Shown here in pieces: positions 59,850 through 64,000 of a stretch of DNA of 64,000 bases. The stretch lies in contig NC_043013.1 in the NCBI RefSeq assembly GCF_006345805.1, forward strand, positions 13,330,001-13,394,000. Reading direction: 5' to 3'. This DNA is from Octopus sinensis (Eukaryota). Numbering within the stretch: position 1 is the first letter of the stretch; the number at the start of each line of letters is the position of its first letter. The position numbers and the translations under genes were made by a program. The notes under the pieces are model-generated. The model was not told the origin of the DNA. It saw only the letters and a program-made list of their open reading frames with translations, and did not search any database.

Positions 59850-62090
59850 TCATCGTCGTCGTCATCATCATTTAATGTCCACTTTCCATGCTGGCATGGG
59901 GTGGACAGTTTGACTGAGGGCTGGTGAGTCAGAAGGCTGCATTAAGCTCCAATCTGATCTGGCAAAGTTTCTACTGCTGGATGCCCTTCCTAATGCCAGC
60001 CACTCCAAGAATGTAGTGGGTGCTTTAATGTGCCACTGGCACGGGGGCCAGTCAGGTGGTACTGGCATCAACCACGCTCAAATGGCACTTTTTATGTGCT
60101 ACCTGTACAGGAGCCAGTCAGGTGGCTCTGCCAATGACCACTCTGAAATCGTGCTTTTTACATGCCACCAGCACAGGAGCCAGTCAGGTGGCACTGGCAA
60201 TGACCAAGCTTGAATGGTGCTTTTAACATTCCACTGGCACAGGTCCCAGTCAGGTGGTACTGTCATCAGCCATGTCATCGATTTCACTTGCTTCAACAGG
60301 TCTTTGCAAGCAGAGATTATTGCCCAATGATTGAAGAGTACTCTTAAATGGGCTGGTTATGCAGCACTGGCATAGGCTACGGTTATAGTCTCATTTGGCT
60401 AGCATGGCTGTTGACACACATGTGTCATACAGTCTACCTTTTACTCTGAGTGAGAGGCCCTTTGCCACCAGCAAAGGTAAGAGCTCTCTGAACTTTGCCC
60501 AGGCTATTCTTATTCTAGAAGTTACACTTTCACTTGGTTACCTAGGTAATGAAAGCTATCAACTACTCGTATTTTTTTGCCCCTGGAATTTGATGGAAGA
60601 TGTTCTCTGCACATTTTCAGTGTTTATTGCTCCTGATCATTCGCCACACATATAAACTATCTTCGCAGTTAGCTTTCCTTTGATATTGCTGCACCTCTTA
60701 TGTATCCATAGCTTACACTGGGTACACCTTATCGAGTTTCTACCTATGCCTTTTCTACAGATCGAGCAGAGCCATCTACCTGAAGGGATTTGTGGTTTGT
60801 CTGCCTTACTACTTATTAAGACTTTGGTTTTTGCTAGGTTGACTCTAAGGCCCTTCGATTGTAGTCCTTGCATCCACACCTGAAACTTCTCCTCTAGTTC
60901 TGATAATGACTCAGCAATTAGAGCAAGGTCATCAGCATAGAGGAGCTCCCAGGGGCATCCTGTCTTGAATTCCTCTGTTATTGCCTGGAGGACTATGATG
61001 AATAAGAGGGGGCTGTGGACTGATCCTTGATGGACCTCTACCCAGAATTCTTCACTGTACTCATTGCCAACCCTCATCTTACAGACAGCATCCCTGTACA
61101 TGGTTTGTACAGCTCTCACTAACCATTCATCTGTACCTAGTTTCCTCATTGACCACCAGATAAGGGATAGAGGAACCCTGTCAAAGGCTTTCTCCATGCC
61201 AATGAAAGCTAGGTACAGAGGTTTACCTTGGGTTAAGTATTTCTCCAGCAGCTGTCTTGCTAGAAATATAGCGTTGGTGGTGTTTTTCCCTAGCACAAAC
61301 CCAAACTGCATCTCATCTAAACTAACTCTCTCCCTAATTAGTTGGCCTATGTCCCTCTTTGTGACTTTAATTACTTGATCCAACAACTTGATACCTCTGT
61401 AATTATTTGTAGCTAATGCATCACCTTTACCTTTGTAACAGTTGACTATGGTACTGCTACACCAGTCATTGGGTATGACTCCTTCATGTATCACCAGATT
61501 GTCTATATGGGTGACTAGACTATAGCCGACATTACCAGACATTTTGGGCATCTCTGCAGTGATTCCTGATGGGCCAGGGGCTTTCCTGTTTTCATACCCT
61601 TAATTACTTCATCTACCAAGGTACTGTCAATTCGGATAGCTGGTCCCTCTGATGGGTTGACATTGGCAGACTCTTTATTTCATTCATTCTCTTCATTTAG
61701 CAATCTTTCATAATGGCATCTCCAAGTCTCTCTTTTTGCAGTCTCATTAAATGCAAGTGAACCATCATCTATGCAGATACATTTCTCTCCTATGACATCA
61801 TGATTCTCTCTCACACACTGTCTTGCAGCACAAACCACCTCAAGTCTTTGGTCCTCACAACACAGGACATTGGCAATTTTTTTCTTATCTGCTATCCTTC
61901 TGGCTAAATAAACCTGTCTCCAAGCTGACAGTCTGATACAATTCCCTGCTACCACCAGTTCTTCCATGTCTGTTTCTTTTCCCTTATGGCCTTGTCAGCT
62001 ATGTTGTTCCACCACCATGTTACCTTGGGTTGAGAGGGATCTTTGCACCATCCACAGATCTGGTCACAGATCTCACCAGGTTGTCCCAAG
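59850..62090 (-). mobile_element. RTE-clade LINE, 5'-truncated, RT largely open
   Basis: ORF 60637-61551 has YKGKGDA..NYRGIKLL, QFGF, EKAFDRV, HQGS..SPLLF, LLYADDL. The 3' UTR carries the 66-bp array and a (GAT)n tail. It interrupts the duplicated intron relative to ~19420-19440. Confidence 0.93.
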
Positions 62091-64000
62091 GAATTTTTGA
62101 TGTGAACTTATCTTTAACACATCCAGGGAAGATATACAGTGGCATTATCAGAACTATATTGTGGAGATAATAGTTAAGTGGATAGAGTGTTTTTCTGGTA
62201 TGAGACTGAACCAAATTGTTCTGCTACTAATTCCTTAGAGCTGAGTTGTGACCATATAAAATAAAGATATTGACAAAGAAATACAACAATTGTCAATGAT
62301 GGGTTTGAACTCTTAACCCATGAATGTTATACACTTTACCATCTCCTCTCTCACTCTGTTTACACACACGTGTTATCATTGCACACATACACACATACAC
62401 ACACATGTACACGCAAACTTTCTCGCACGCACATATCCACACTTACACACACATACCTCCTCTTGCACTCTCCTGTCTTTGAAAGAACTTTTCTTCACCC
62501 ATTTCCTTCTGGTCATTCAAAATGTGACCACGTGTGTACCGTTGGCGATTTTTTTCCTCTGTCTTCCCTTCTCTGGATCTTTCCTTCTCCTATGATTTCA
62601 ATGAAGAGCTCCACTCGAAACATTAAACTCTCCCTCTTCCCATCCTTCCTGAGCGTCCAATAATACTATATTTGTTCCATGTCCTCGCGTTGTTGTGTTT
62701 TCTCTTTGTGTTTTCATGTTTGGGTTAACTATATATATACACACACACACAAACACATGCATTGATACATAGGCATATAAATATACACACACCCATATAT
62801 ATGTATAAATATACGTATATACAAATACACACACACACACATATATAAAACTATTTATCTATCCATGATTTTCTCTCTTTATTAATTTCAATCAATGAGA
62901 GGAGATTCTCCAGTTAACATCAAGCGTCAATCCAAATAAGCTGTTGTAAACTCCTCCTGTGTTGCTCTTACCTTCATTGCAATCTATAAAGTATCATGAG
63001 TTTGTGGTTGTTTTACTTGTTGCTATTGTTGTTGTATAGTTATAGTATGTATGTAGTTAGTGAAATGACTGGATGTGATCTGTAGATATACCATATTCTT
63101 CACATCTGTGTAATGTGCAATCTGATGTGCAGAGCTTTGTAATATGGGTTGCAGTGTATCAGTTTGGATAGATTGCATTTCTTCCATCATTTCATTTCTG
63201 GGCACCAATAGACGTCGAATGAACCCCTTCTTGCAGTGTGACAATCACTGTGCTTCTGCACTTGTCTCTATCGATTTGTTTCTCAGCACAACAGAGTTTG
63301 AGACTAAAGAGGCTAATGACGTGTTTGGTAGTTTTAGTTTCACTGAACATGTAACAGCAAGGATTGTGTGGTGTTTCATCTTGCTGTAACAAACTCTGCC
63401 TACACGCATTGAAGTGGATATTTCATTTTAAATATTTTAGCTTTATATTATATGTTGTTGTTGTTGTTTAGATCAACATCAGCCATGATCAAGCTGACTT
63501 GTGATTAGAGAGAATTAAAGCGATGTTCATTTTGCTTTAGCATATTGACATCTACAATGTATCATGTGTGCGTACATTTTTAAGAAAGTGTGTCCGTGCA
63601 TTTTTAAGAAAATCAGGTGGTGTTCAGAGAGATTTAGCTGCTATTTCTAACAGTCTCATCTAATAACTAACTTGCTTATTCACATGGACTGTGGAAATGG
63701 TTTATACAAAATTCGAAAGAATATGAAGTGTACTATTTTGTGATCTTTGTAGATTGTTGAAATTGATTGTTCAGAGATTAGGGGTCTAGACAGGACTGGT
63801 ATGATGCAGGATGGATCTTTGTTTTGGTCAAATATGAGGCCAGTCACTATTTATAGCTTTTTCCACTTTAACTCTCGCCTTCTTTTAGGATATGTTGTGA
63901 ATGTAGTGAAGGTATTTTTGGTAGTTTTTAGGAGGAAGGACAAGTTCTCTGTCTTATTATAAAAAGAGAGTTCCCTGATTACCTCATGACCGTCAACATA

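Noticed and set aside
63023-63392. Short overlapping ORFs near the window end as the missing upstream SLOG exon of repeat A
   Set aside because: No similarity to exon 22113-22216 and no convincing splice sites. The paralogous exon probably lies beyond 64000.

Overview
AT-rich, microsatellite- and transposon-dense eukaryotic DNA. The repeat content suggests an octopus or related coleoid cephalopod, which is an inference. Most ORFs in the supplied track are microsatellite or transposon artefacts. The main host feature is a minus-strand, spliced TRPM-like (melastatin TRP channel) gene. I reconstructed 12 GT-AG exons (59698 to 11694) by hand; they splice in frame into 486 codons without stops. 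The chain encodes the end of one TRPM N-terminal module (end of the SLOG/MHR1-2 domain plus MHR3). It then returns to the start of MHR1 and runs through a second complete SLOG+MHR3 module. The ~41-kb tandem duplication is also visible in the intron sequence. I found no MHR4 or transmembrane exons in the window. The introns and downstream region carry Penelope-like elements with hammerhead ribozyme motifs, one with a U3-A8 covariant core, and a ~1.55-kb near-perfect inverted repeat. They also hold a cluster of R4/Dong-like LINEs in (TAA)n tracts with internally deleted derivatives, RTE and L1/Tx1 LINEs, Gypsy remnants, mariner relics, a Helitron end, two MITEs whose empty sites survive in the paralogous intron, and tRNA-type SINEs.
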